In this document: positions 25,649 to 37,277 of the stretch, piece by piece
Layout of the letters: each line of letters starts with the position of its first letter
Position numbering within the stretch: position 1 is the first letter of the stretch
Origin: Paracoccaceae bacterium
GTDB taxonomy: Bacteria > Pseudomonadota > Alphaproteobacteria > Rhodobacterales > Rhodobacteraceae
Direction of reading: 5' to 3'
NCBI GenBank assembly: GCA_029862205.1
Contig: JAOTXT010000019.1
Coordinates: 284 to 64,283 of the forward strand
Length of the DNA stretch: 64,000 nucleotides
Position numbers and translations under genes: made by a program
The notes under the pieces: model-generated
The model's database searches: none
Told to the model about the DNA's origin: nothing
Seen by the model: only the letters and a program-made list of their open reading frames with translations

Positions 25649-25907
25649 TTTCATTTTGCATGCAACGATCCGGGCTGCTGGCGCGTTGGTCTAGGCACGG
25701 CCCGTCGCTTCACGCTGGGCGGCGGTGATCGGAAGAGGGAAAGCGTTGTTTTGGCGCACCATTTAGAATTTATAAACCTTCCTTCCAATAGGATGGTCTG
25801 GTGCATGAGAGCCGCCTACCGGCAGCACCCGCGCCGACACGTCCATCTGCTCAGCGGCTTCCGGGCCCGTGTCATGGTGTTTCAGTGGCTAAAAAGCGAG
25901 ACGTAAC

Positions 25908-26405
25908 ATGAAGGGACGGACTTTTCTGGCTTTGGCCGCGGTCGTCTTGGCGATCGCTGGTTTGACATTCGATACTCACGCGTCGTCGGACTCGGAATTG
26001 CTCGTTGTGCGCCTCAGTGGCGGCGACGATCGGCCGAAGTTCAGCTTCACCGAGGAGGAGCTGCGCGCGCTGCCGCAGGTGAAGGTCGCCACAGCGACCG
26101 AATTTACCGACGGGGTGGTCGAGTTCGAAGGGCCTCTTGCGCGCGACGTGCTCGCGGCGGCGGATCTGGGACCAGCAGAGCTTGCGCGCCTTGTGGCCGC
26201 CAACGACTATTCGATCGAGGTGCCTGTCACTGACTTCCAAAACTACGATGTGATCATGGCGCTCGAGGCGGACGGCAACAAGCTGTCGCGGCGCGACAAG
26301 GGCCCAATCTGGGTGATCTATCCTCTCGACGACCATACGGAACTTCAGGATCCGTCCTACACGATCCGCCTCGTCTGGCAGTTGACGACCGTCGAGCTGC
26401 GTTGA
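25908..26405 (+). CDS. Periplasmic PruR-like pterin-binding protein (SUOX/MsrP molybdopterin-binding fold)
   Basis: Signal peptide; EFEGP..RDVL, AANDY, RRDKGPIWVIYP and VWQL motifs; the protein contains no cysteine. Confidence 0.8.
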   Translation: MKGRTFLALAAVVLAIAGLTFDTHASSDSELLVVRLSGGDDRPKFSFTEEELRALPQVKVATATEFTDGVVEFEGPLARDVLAAADLGPAELARLVAANDYSIEVPVTDFQNYDVIMALEADGNKLSRRDKGPIWVIYPLDDHTELQDPSYTIRLVWQLTTVELR

Positions 26406-28072
26406 AGATACCCATCAGCATCACGCGCGGCCTCGCTGCGGTCGCGCTGGTGGGCTTGATGATGCTCGCGATCCTGGGCTTTCGGGCGCAGGAGCAGGAT
26501 ATGCAGAACCTGAGCGACTACAGCCAGGAAGTGATCTATTGGAGTACGGCACAGGCGGAAGCCGAGCATGGGCGATTCGTCTCCGTCCTGGGGCAATTCG
26601 CCGTCGGCACGCCCAACGTCACCGCCGAGGACGTAAATCGGCGCTTCGATATTTTCTGGAGCCGGATCGCGCTGTTTCGCGAGGGCGATGTGGGGCGCCG
26701 GATCCGCGACTACGACAGTGAACTAAATGCGGTCGGAGTGATCCAAGAAGCCCTGAAAAAGCACGAGGACGCGGTCGTCAACATCTCGAGCGACACCCCG
26801 CCGGAAGTCTTCCAGGCGATCCTGAAGGACTTCAATGAAGCCGGGCAGAGGTTGCGCGCGCTATCGGTTAAAACCCTTGCCGGCGAGGAGAACCGTCTCG
26901 CCCGGGCCCGTGAATCGGTCCGCGACAGTGCCAGGCTGACCTGGATGTTCTCGATGGCCGCGCTCGCGCTATCGTTTCTCCTGATGGGGATCATGCTGAT
27001 CGAAACTCGGCGCTACCGGCGCATGGCACAGGAGAGCGCTGACCTTGCGGCACGCGCCGAGGCCGCAAGCCAGGCGAAGTCGCGGTTCTTGACCATGATG
27101 AGCCATGAATTGCGCACGCCGATGAACGGCGTGCTGGGGTTGCTCGCCCTGGTCCGGCAGACGGCGCTCAACGATCGCCAGGTGCGCCTGGTCGATCAGG
27201 CGGAGCGATCGGGGCGTCAGATGAGCCTGTTGCTCGCCGACATTCTGGACTTCTCCGACCTGCAGAGCGAAAGCCTGGTGATGTCGCGCGAGCTGTTCAG
27301 CCTGGCGGAACTGGCGGACTCGGTGAAGGAAGCTTTCGGCCCGATCATCGAGCGCGAGGGTGTCGAGGTCATGATCGACGCCGATCGCCAGACGACCCGC
27401 CGCGCCGCGGGCGACTTGGTGCGGTTGCGCCAGGTTCTGGGGCATTTCCTCACCTTCCTGGTCGATGTGGTCGGCACGCGCGACGTGCGGTTGACGCTCA
27501 CTTGGGGTGAGAGCGGCATTGAAATGGCGATCGACGCCGCGGTGCGCAGCAGCGATCAACCCGGCTGGCAGCCCGAGGCGATGTTCGGCCGCGGCTCGGC
27601 GGAATATGACGATTTCGCCTCCGACTCGCTGGGACCGATGATCGCGCGCGGACTGATCAGCCTCATGGGTGGATCGGTCTCGCTCAGCCGCCCGGTCTCC
27701 GGCCGCGCGAAGGTGTCTGTTTCGGTGCCGATGGACCTGACCCGCGAGCGCACGAAGTGCATTCGCATCGAGGCGGATACCATCACGGTCGAGGCGATGC
27801 TGGCGGCGCTGCTGCGCAAGCTCTCTTGGCCGGTCTACGAACCCGGGGTCGCCAATCAGCAGGTATCAGCGATCCTGATGGAGGCCGGAGGTGATTCCGA
27901 GCCGGCGCGCGCCGCGCGGCTTCGCGCCGAGAACCCCTCGGCACGCCTGGTAGCGATCGGTTCGCCGCTCAGGCCCGATGTCTTCGATGCGGTCTGCACG
28001 CCGCCTCTGACCGCCGATCTGTTGGCAGAGTCTCTCAGGCGCGAGAACCAGCAACTGACGGAGGCCGTTTAG
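26402..28072 (+). CDS. Membrane sensor with intact HisKA H-box, degenerate ATPase domain and C-terminal pseudo-receiver
   Basis: Two TMs around a periplasmic domain containing WSTAQAEAE (W-X7-E). H-box FLTMMSHELRTPMNGVLG intact. N-box reads RLRQVLGHFLTF (no Asn), there is no DxGxG, and G2 reads DSLGPMIA. Confidence 0.85.
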   Translation: MKIPISITRGLAAVALVGLMMLAILGFRAQEQDMQNLSDYSQEVIYWSTAQAEAEHGRFVSVLGQFAVGTPNVTAEDVNRRFDIFWSRIALFREGDVGRRIRDYDSELNAVGVIQEALKKHEDAVVNISSDTPPEVFQAILKDFNEAGQRLRALSVKTLAGEENRLARARESVRDSARLTWMFSMAALALSFLLMGIMLIETRRYRRMAQESADLAARAEAASQAKSRFLTMMSHELRTPMNGVLGLLALVRQTALNDRQVRLVDQAERSGRQMSLLLADILDFSDLQSESLVMSRELFSLAELADSVKEAFGPIIEREGVEVMIDADRQTTRRAAGDLVRLRQVLGHFLTFLVDVVGTRDVRLTLTWGESGIEMAIDAAVRSSDQPGWQPEAMFGRGSAEYDDFASDSLGPMIARGLISLMGGSVSLSRPVSGRAKVSVSVPMDLTRERTKCIRIEADTITVEAMLAALLRKLSWPVYEPGVANQQVSAILMEAGGDSEPARAARLRAENPSARLVAIGSPLRPDVFDAVCTPPLTADLLAESLRRENQQLTEAV

Positions 28073-28950
28073 TGGACGCGCGCAATGCAAATGTACCAGG
28101 GAGTATACCGGGGGGACTACCAGGGGGATTAGACGTGATGCTCGACGGCTTGCGCGTTCTGCTCGCCGAGGACAATCCCACCAATCAAATGGTGGCGACC
28201 CAGATGCTCGAAAGCCTTGGCGCCTCGGTTACCATTGCGAATGATGGCGCCGAGGCGCTGGAAATCGTGGAGACCGGTGATTTCGATTTGATTCTGGTCG
28301 ACATCGAAATGCCGCGGGTAAGCGGGATCGAGCTCTTACGCCGCTTGCGCGCGCGTGGCGATTCGCTCGCTGAGAAGCCAATGGTCGCGCTGACAGCCTA
28401 TGTCATGCGTGAACACCGCGCAGCCATCGCGGCCGCGGGGGCGGACGGCGTGATCGCCAAGCCAATCCTTTCGATCGAGCAGTTCGGATCGGAGATCCGC
28501 CGGTATATGCACAAGCGCCCGGCACCGTCCGCCAAGCCGCCGGGTCATCCGGGCGCAAGCGTCCACGGCACCGATGCGGCAGGTCCCAATGCGGACGCAT
28601 TGGCTGTGCCGGTGATCGACAGGGGCATCTACGACACCTTGGCCGAGACGATTGGCCCGACTGCCATGGACGAACTGCTAGAGAAGGTCGTGTCAGACAC
28701 CCAGAACGCGCTGGACCGCCTGATCCATGCGGAGGATCCTTTGGACCTGGATGAGATCCGCGCGGTCAGCCACATCTTGATTTCGGTCGCCGGCGCGATC
28801 GGCGGCCAGCGCGTTCAGGATGCGGCCAAAGCGGTCAACGCAGCCGCGCAGCAGGCGGACAATGCGGCAACCGCCGAACACCTGCCTCGCCTTACCGGCA
28901 ACATCCGTGACATGCTGGCCCAGATCAGTGAGCAGGCCTCTGCCCGCTGA
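28072..28950 (+). CDS. Response regulator, REC + Hpt-like domain
   Basis: LLAEDN, LVDIEMP (phospho-Asp), LTA, KP; C-terminal helical domain with SHILISVAG (His retained). Confidence 0.88.
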   Translation: MDARNANVPGSIPGGLPGGLDVMLDGLRVLLAEDNPTNQMVATQMLESLGASVTIANDGAEALEIVETGDFDLILVDIEMPRVSGIELLRRLRARGDSLAEKPMVALTAYVMREHRAAIAAAGADGVIAKPILSIEQFGSEIRRYMHKRPAPSAKPPGHPGASVHGTDAAGPNADALAVPVIDRGIYDTLAETIGPTAMDELLEKVVSDTQNALDRLIHAEDPLDLDEIRAVSHILISVAGAIGGQRVQDAAKAVNAAAQQADNAATAEHLPRLTGNIRDMLAQISEQASAR

Positions 28951-29143
28951 GGGGCATACCCACCATTTCCTGAAAGGCCTCCTCTCGGCCTGATCGGCGT
29001 TCAACTGGCCCGAGCACGCAGCACCGCGTTCGGGCACGAGGACATTCGCAACATACGATCACGCCTCAGCGGCGGGTGGAACAATCGCAACCCTCCCGGC
29101 GGAGCCAGACCCTGTTCAGGCCTGCAGGGGCGAATTGCCAGTC

Positions 29144-29259
29144 CTAAACCAAAACCGTTTCAGACTGAATCAGTCTGAAAAAGGATTTTGGTCCAGACTC
29201 ATATGTTTGAGCAAATGCCTCAGATCAGACTGGCTCAGTCTGATCCGGTTTTGCTCTAG
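29144..29259. repeat. 116-bp palindromic intergenic element (RIME/Bru-RS-like MITE)
   Basis: Imperfect TIRs: ctaaaccaaaaccgt versus revcomp ctagagcaaaaccgg (12/15). Two internal palindromes: ttcagactgaatcagtctgaa (29159-29179) and gatcagactggctcagtctgatc (29223-29245). Confidence 0.7.
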
Positions 29260-29298
29260 CGACCAGACGGCGCAGGACGTCACCACCTACACACGGGC

Positions 29299-29330
29299 AA
29301 AAAATCCGCCCCGGCCGAAACCGGGGCGGA
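29299..29330 (-). terminator. Intrinsic terminator on the minus strand
   Basis: Minus strand TCCGCCCCGG-TTTCGG-CCGGGGCGGA-TTTTTT. Confidence 0.88.
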
Positions 29331-29435
29331 CTACCCGCCAGGGGTAAGTAGACTTGCCCGCGAGAACCGCCACGGAGCGGTTGTGATAACGGGGGAGATA
29401 CCGCGCCGCACCGACCCTGCGAGAAAGACAAGTTT
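29299..29435 (-). ncRNA. Candidate small RNA (~130 nt)
   Basis: ORF-free segment between a CtrA-like box and a strong terminator, with internal hairpins (AACCGC-TCCGTG-GCGGTT) and a C-rich tract (CTCCCCC). The 5' boundary is an estimate. Confidence 0.4.
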
Positions 29436-29452
29436 CTGATAGACGATACGTG

Positions 29453-29468
29453 GTAAAGGAATGGTTAA
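29453..29468 (-). promoter_or_regulatory. CtrA-like binding site
   Basis: Minus strand TTAA-CCATTCC-TTTAC versus the TTAA-N7-TTAAC consensus. Confidence 0.5.
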
Positions 29469-29515
29469 GCGCACCGAGGTTTCTCGCGGTCCTTGCGGCA
29501 CAGCGCCGGGCCGGC

Positions 29516-29854
29516 TCAAAAGATCGACAGATCGAGCGGCCGCGACTGGCCCAGCCAGATCACATGTTGCGTATGGTCTGCCAGATGCTCCCCCGTTTCC
29601 GCATGGGCGAAAACGGTTAGCTCACCCCGGTTCAGCGCCAGCCAGGGGATGACCTCGGCAAACGCCCCGGGTGGCACCGAAAGCTGGCAGCTGCCCGTTG
29701 GGTGCGGACCGACCGGATCGTCGTGCATCCGGCCCATCGCAACGCCGAAACGCCCGGCCGAGGCTTCGCACAGGGCGCGTGCCGCCTCCTTCCTTTCGGC
29801 GTCGAAGTAGACGTGGGCATGCCAGCCCGTGATCGTGTCGATATCGCCCATCAC
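29516..29854 (-). CDS. DOPA 4,5-dioxygenase family protein
   Basis: WHAHVYF, VGPHP, WLALNRGEL.VFAH, DH..H..WLG. Confidence 0.9.
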   Translation of the reverse strand: MMGDIDTITGWHAHVYFDAERKEAARALCEASAGRFGVAMGRMHDDPVGPHPTGSCQLSVPPGAFAEVIPWLALNRGELTVFAHAETGEHLADHTQHVIWLGQSRPLDLSIF

Positions 29855-29920
29855 TTCCTCCTTGGTCTGTCACTATCCCATCCCAAGGCCGGCTCCGCGG
29901 CGCCGGCCTCGGGATGGCCC

Positions 29921-31582
29921 TCACCGGTCCGAATCCCGCCAGCGCGGATTGATCCAGGCTTCCCGGTTCGCGCGCGGCAAGGGTACACGTCCCAATATAT
30001 GGTCCGACGCCTTTTCGCCCACCATGATCGAGGGCGCGTTCAGATTGCCATTGGTGATGCGCGGGAAGATCGAGCTGTCGGCCACCCGCAGCCCGTCCAC
30101 CCCGATCACCCGGCATTCCGGGTCGACCACCGCCATAGGGTCCTCGGCTTGGCCGATCCGGCAGGTGCCGCAAGGGTGATAGGCGCTTTCCGCGTGCTGG
30201 CGCACAAAATCGTCCAACTCGTTGTCGGTCTCGACATCGCTGCCCGGTTGGATTTCCTCGCCCCGGAAGGAATCGAAGACGCGTTGCGCGAAAATCTCGC
30301 GGGTGACCCGGATACAATGCCGGAAATCGATCCAATCCTGCTCCTCGCTCATGTAGTTGAACAGAATCGACGGCTTCTCGCGCGGATCGGCCGATTTCAG
30401 CGCCACCCGACCGCGCGAGGGAGAGCGCATTGGCCCGACATGGGCCTGGAAACCATGACCGTTGGCGGCGGTCTTGCCGTCATACCGCACCGCCATCGGC
30501 AGGAAGTGAAACTGGATATCCGGATACTCGACCCCCGGCGCCGAGCGAATGAAGCCCGCACTTTCGAAATGGTTTGATGTGCCAAGCCCCCGCTTCAAGA
30601 ACAGCCATTCGGCCCCGATCAACGCCTTTCCGAACAGGTTCCAGTATTTGTAGAGCGTGATCGGCTGAATGCAGGCCTGCTGAATATAGAGCTCCAGATG
30701 ATCCTGCAGGTTCTGGCCGACGCCCGGCCGGTCCGCGACCACCCCGATCCCATGCTCGGCCAGGTGATCCGCCGGACCGATCCCGGAAAGCATCAGGATC
30801 TTCGGCGCGTTGATCGCCGAGGCGGCAACGATCACCTCGCGCCGGGCACGCACGGTTTCGACCGCCTCGCCGCGCAAAATCTCGACGCCAACCGCGCGGC
30901 CATCCTCGATCACAACCCGCCGGGCGAAGCAATTGATCAGGTCGCAATTGGGCCGGCTCAGCGTCGGGCGCAGATAGGCATTGGCGGTCGACCAGCGCCG
31001 GCCCTGCCAGACCGTCTGGTCCATCGGGCCAAAGCCCTCTTGCTTTTGGCCATTATAGTCGTCCGTCAGTTCGAACCCCGCCTGGCACCCCGCCTCGACA
31101 AAGGCCTTGTACAGCGGATTGGTCCTGGGCCCGCGCTGCACATGCAGCGGCCCGTCCTTGCCGCGCCAGTCCGGATCGCCTCCATGGCCGCTGGCGTGCC
31201 AATTTTCCTGCCGGTCGAAATAGGGGGCCACGTCAGCGTAGGACCAACCCTTGGCCCCCTGCTCGGCCCAGTGGTCGAAATCGCACGCATGGCCGCGCAC
31301 ATAGACCATGCCGTTGATCGACGAGGACCCGCCGATCACCTTGCCGCGCGGGCACGGCAGGCGACGCCCGCCCAGATGCGGCTCCGGGTCCGACCAGAAC
31401 CCCCAATCATAGAGCGGCATGTTCATTGGATAGCCCAGTGCCGCCGGCATTTGAATGAGGGGGCCGATATCCGTGCCGCCATATTCCAGAACCAGCACCG
31501 AATGCCGCCCGTCCTCGCTGAGGCGATAGGCAAGCGCCGAGCCGGCCGAACCGGAACCGATGATGACGAAATCCACTTCCAT
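29921..31582 (-). CDS. betA: Choline dehydrogenase
   Basis: GMC oxidoreductase motifs [45 protein letters not shown]; start set at MEVDFV. Confidence 0.95.
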   Translation of the reverse strand: MEVDFVIIGSGSAGSALAYRLSEDGRHSVLVLEYGGTDIGPLIQMPAALGYPMNMPLYDWGFWSDPEPHLGGRRLPCPRGKVIGGSSSINGMVYVRGHACDFDHWAEQGAKGWSYADVAPYFDRQENWHASGHGGDPDWRGKDGPLHVQRGPRTNPLYKAFVEAGCQAGFELTDDYNGQKQEGFGPMDQTVWQGRRWSTANAYLRPTLSRPNCDLINCFARRVVIEDGRAVGVEILRGEAVETVRARREVIVAASAINAPKILMLSGIGPADHLAEHGIGVVADRPGVGQNLQDHLELYIQQACIQPITLYKYWNLFGKALIGAEWLFLKRGLGTSNHFESAGFIRSAPGVEYPDIQFHFLPMAVRYDGKTAANGHGFQAHVGPMRSPSRGRVALKSADPREKPSILFNYMSEEQDWIDFRHCIRVTREIFAQRVFDSFRGEEIQPGSDVETDNELDDFVRQHAESAYHPCGTCRIGQAEDPMAVVDPECRVIGVDGLRVADSSIFPRITNGNLNAPSIMVGEKASDHILGRVPLPRANREAWINPRWRDSDR

Positions 31583-31601
31583 GAGTGAGAGGCGCCTTCG
31601 C

Positions 31602-32240
31602 TCAATCCACGCGCAGGCTGTCGTAAGACACCATGGCGTGCTCGCGGAAGGCGGGGCGCTCCTGCAGCCGCGCGTAGTAAGCGTCGAGGTTGGGCGTCTC
31701 CCCGCGCTCGAAGTCAAGTGTGTAATAGCGGTAGAGCACATGGCCCAGCATGATGTCGGCGAAGCAGAGGTGCGCGCCGTTCAGATAAGGCCCATCACCG
31801 ATCCGGACATCCGCCAAGGCGGTCAGCTGCTTCAGTGCCGCGGCGCCCTCGGTCACCAGCCCGTGATCCCGCTCGGCTGCCCGGGTGCGCACCAATTGCC
31901 AGAAAACCTTGAGCGTCAGGACGGGAGCCAGACTGGTCTTGACCCATTCCGCCCACATGTCCAACGGTGCGCGGGCCGCCGGGTCGGTGGGCCAGAAATC
32001 ACCGTCCCCGTAACGCGCGCCCAGGTAGCGCAGGATCGCCGCGCTTTCCCAAACCACCAGATCTCCATCCTTGACGGTGGGAATCAGCCCGTTCGGGTTC
32101 ATCGCACGGTAGTCCGGCTCGTCATTGCCGCCAAAGGCCCCGCCCCAATCGATGCGCTCGTGCTCGAGCCCCAATTCCCCGATCGCCCACATGGCGATCT
32201 GCACATTGGACGACGTCTTGCGCCCCCAGACGGTGATCAT
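31602..32240 (-). CDS. Glutathione S-transferase family protein
   Basis: [26 protein letters not shown]. Confidence 0.92.
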   Translation of the reverse strand: MITVWGRKTSSNVQIAMWAIGELGLEHERIDWGGAFGGNDEPDYRAMNPNGLIPTVKDGDLVVWESAAILRYLGARYGDGDFWPTDPAARAPLDMWAEWVKTSLAPVLTLKVFWQLVRTRAAERDHGLVTEGAAALKQLTALADVRIGDGPYLNGAHLCFADIMLGHVLYRYYTLDFERGETPNLDAYYARLQERPAFREHAMVSYDSLRVD

Positions 32241-32863
32241 CGTTTCCCTCCCTTTTTGCCCGGGCGCGCGACGGCACCCAGTTCCGAATTCACGTAGCGC
32301 TCGACCAGCGCGATCGCGCTGGCGGGATCTGCCGGCCCATCATGAATCGCCCGGGAATGCAAAGCCTGGCGGATATAAAGCCCATCGATCAGGGCCGCGA
32401 TCCCCTCGGCGATCCGTTTTGCGTCATCGCGGGCGCAGAGCTGGCCCAGCGCATCGACCAGGTTGGAATTGAGGCGCCGCGCATAGATGCCGAGCAACCG
32501 GCGCGCCTGATCGTCGCTTTGGGCGCGGACATAGAAGGCGAGCCAGGCGGCGATGGTCGATGGGGCGAACTGCTCCGTGCCAAAGCTTACCCTGATCACG
32601 GCGCTGATCCGGCCGCGCGGGCCCTTCGCCTCGGCAAGGGCACCGCCGACATTGTGGCTGTACACGCGCAGCAGGTGGCGCATCGTCGCCAAGAAGATCT
32701 GGTCCTTGCCGCCGAAATAGTGATGCGCCAGCGCCGCCGAGACCCCGGCCGAGCGCGCGATCTGGCCAACCGTCACGTCCAAGTTACCGCGCTCGCCGAT
32801 GGTCGAGATCGCCGCCTCGATGATCGCCTTGCGGCGGATCGGCTCCATCCCTGTACGCGGCAT
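32237..32863 (-). CDS. betI: Choline-responsive TetR-family repressor
   Basis: [46 protein letters not shown]. Confidence 0.92.
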   Translation of the reverse strand: MPRTGMEPIRRKAIIEAAISTIGERGNLDVTVGQIARSAGVSAALAHHYFGGKDQIFLATMRHLLRVYSHNVGGALAEAKGPRGRISAVIRVSFGTEQFAPSTIAAWLAFYVRAQSDDQARRLLGIYARRLNSNLVDALGQLCARDDAKRIAEGIAALIDGLYIRQALHSRAIHDGPADPASAIALVERYVNSELGAVARPGKKGGKR

Positions 32864-32901
32864 CGACGATTCTCCCCAGCGGCCGGTGCAGGAGGTTATT
32901 T

Positions 32902-32921
32902 TTGATTGATCGATCAATCAA
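32902..32921. promoter_or_regulatory. BetI operator
   Basis: Perfect 20-bp palindrome TTGATTGATCGATCAATCAA, 39 bp upstream of the betI start. Confidence 0.8.
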
Positions 32922-33054
32922 CAAAAAAGCCCGGGGTGCGGCGCGGAGGTCATGGTGCGGATCGGATGGCTTTTGCCGCCCGCGCCGGTAGACAGGGCGG
33001 AAAGATTACAGCTACCATCGCGCCGCCGGTCGGACACCTCGGAGAGAGATTCCC

Positions 33055-33594
33055 ATGGAAATGCAGGGCGAGCGCTTGATCGAGGCCAGCCGCAACGAGG
33101 TCTGGACCGCGCTCAACGACCCGGAGGTTTTGAAGAGCTGCATCCCCGGCTGCGAGGAGATGGAAAAGACCTCCGCGACCGAGTTCACCGCGACCGTCGT
33201 CCAGAAAGTCGGGCCGGTCAAAGCGCGGTTCAAGGGCGCGGTCGAGCTCTCGGACATCGTGCCTGGCGAAAGCTACACGATCAGCGGCGAGGGCAAAGGC
33301 GGCGCCGCGGGCTTCGCGCGCGGCGGCGCAAAGGTGACCCTGGCAGATCAGGACGGCGGCACGCTGCTCAGCTACGCGGCCGAGGCACGGGTTGGCGGCA
33401 AGCTGGCACAACTCGGCAACCGGCTGATCAACGGCTTCGCGAAAAAAGTGGCGGCGGATTTTTTCGACCGCTTCCAGGCCGTGGTCCAGGGCGACACGCC
33501 GGAAGCCGAAAAGGCGGATGCGGACGCGGCAGAGGGCGGCGACGCCCCGCCCGAAGAACAGAAAAAAGGCTGGCTCAAGCGCATGATCAGCTGA
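33055..33594 (+). CDS. coxG: CoxG (SRPBCC) family protein
   Basis: [42 protein letters not shown]. Confidence 0.9.
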   Translation: MEMQGERLIEASRNEVWTALNDPEVLKSCIPGCEEMEKTSATEFTATVVQKVGPVKARFKGAVELSDIVPGESYTISGEGKGGAAGFARGGAKVTLADQDGGTLLSYAAEARVGGKLAQLGNRLINGFAKKVAADFFDRFQAVVQGDTPEAEKADADAAEGGDAPPEEQKKGWLKRMIS

Positions 33595-33631
33595 GCCGGC
33601 GATCAGGATCACGATCAGGGAGGAGACAAAA

Positions 33632-34099
33632 ATGCCATCCATCAGCATGACCGTGAACGGAAAATCCGTTTCCGGCGAGGTCGAGGGCCGCACACTGCTT
33701 GTGCAGTTCCTGCGCGAGGATCTGGGCCTGACTGGAACGCATGTGGGCTGCGACACCTCGCAATGCGGCGCCTGCGTCGTGCACGTGAACGGCGAAAGCG
33801 TGAAGGCCTGCACCATGCTGGCCGCCTCGGCCGACGGCGCCGAGGTCGCCACGATCGAGGGCATGGCCAATGCGGATGGCTCGCTGGGCGTGATCCAGCA
33901 GGCCTTCCAGGACCATCACGGGCTTCAGTGCGGCTTCTGCACACCCGGCATGGTGATGTCGGCCGCGGACCTCCTGCAGAAGAACAAGAACCCCTCCGAG
34001 GGCGAGATCCGCGAATGGCTGGAGGGCAACATCTGCCGCTGCACCGGCTACCATAACATCGTCAAGGCGATCCAGGCCGCCGCCGCTGCTGGCGCCTGA
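33632..34099 (+). CDS. coxS: [2Fe-2S] small subunit of xanthine-dehydrogenase-family enzyme
   Basis: [10 protein letters not shown]...[15 protein letters not shown]. Confidence 0.93.
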   Translation: MPSISMTVNGKSVSGEVEGRTLLVQFLREDLGLTGTHVGCDTSQCGACVVHVNGESVKACTMLAASADGAEVATIEGMANADGSLGVIQQAFQDHHGLQCGFCTPGMVMSAADLLQKNKNPSEGEIREWLEGNICRCTGYHNIVKAIQAAAAAGA

Positions 34100-34113
34100 G
34101 GGAGGATATCGCG

Positions 34114-36483
<2,370 letters not shown>

Positions 36484-36497
36484 GGGAGGGAGAACAG

Positions 36498-37277
36498 ATG
36501 TATAGCTTCGACTATGTGAAACCGGGCTCGATCGACGAAGCGGTCGCGGCCCTTCAGGCCGAGGACGCACAGGCGTTGGGTGGCGGGCAGACGCTGATCC
36601 CGACCCTGAGGCAACGGCTGGCCCAGCCCTCGGTCCTGGTGGATCTGGGCGGGTGCCTGGATGCGGGCGTCGCCTCGCAAGATGGCGGATGCCGGATCGG
36701 CGGCGGAGCGACCCACGCCTCGGTCGCGGCATCGGCGGATGCGCCGAAATGGCTGCGGGCGGTTGCCGATGGCATCGGCGACCCGCAAGTGCGCAATCGC
36801 GGCACCATCGGCGGCAGCCTCGCCAACAACGACCCGGCCTCGGACTATCCGGCGGCGGTGCTGGGTTCGGGCGCCGAGATCAGCACCAATGCGCGCACGA
36901 TCGCTGCGGATGACTACTTCCAGGGCATGTTCGAGACGGCGCTCAATGAGGGCGAAATCATCACCGGAGTGACCTTCCCGAAGCTCGAGGCGGCGAACTA
37001 TCAGAAGTTCGACCAGCCGGCCTCGCGGTTCGCCTTGGTCGGCGTCTTCGTCGGCAAGGGCGCGGGCGGGGTGCGGGTCGCAGTGACCGGGGCTTCTGAA
37101 AGCGGCGTCCACCGCTGGGCGGACGCCGAGGCGGCGCTCGCAGGCAACTTCTCGACGGATGCTGTGCCGGGCGCGCCGTCGGCGGACGGCGTGATCAGCG
37201 ATCTGCACGGCTCGGCCGAGTACCGGGCACATCTGGTCGCGGTCTTGACCCGCCGCGCCGTCGCCGCCGCAGGGTGA
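36498..37277 (+). CDS. coxM: FAD-binding medium subunit
   Basis: Start MYSFDY after a GGAGGGAG RBS; LGGGQTLIP, RNRGTIGGSLANNDP, GSAEYRAHL. Confidence 0.92.
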   Translation: MYSFDYVKPGSIDEAVAALQAEDAQALGGGQTLIPTLRQRLAQPSVLVDLGGCLDAGVASQDGGCRIGGGATHASVAASADAPKWLRAVADGIGDPQVRNRGTIGGSLANNDPASDYPAAVLGSGAEISTNARTIAADDYFQGMFETALNEGEIITGVTFPKLEAANYQKFDQPASRFALVGVFVGKGAGGVRVAVTGASESGVHRWADAEAALAGNFSTDAVPGAPSADGVISDLHGSAEYRAHLVAVLTRRAVAAAG

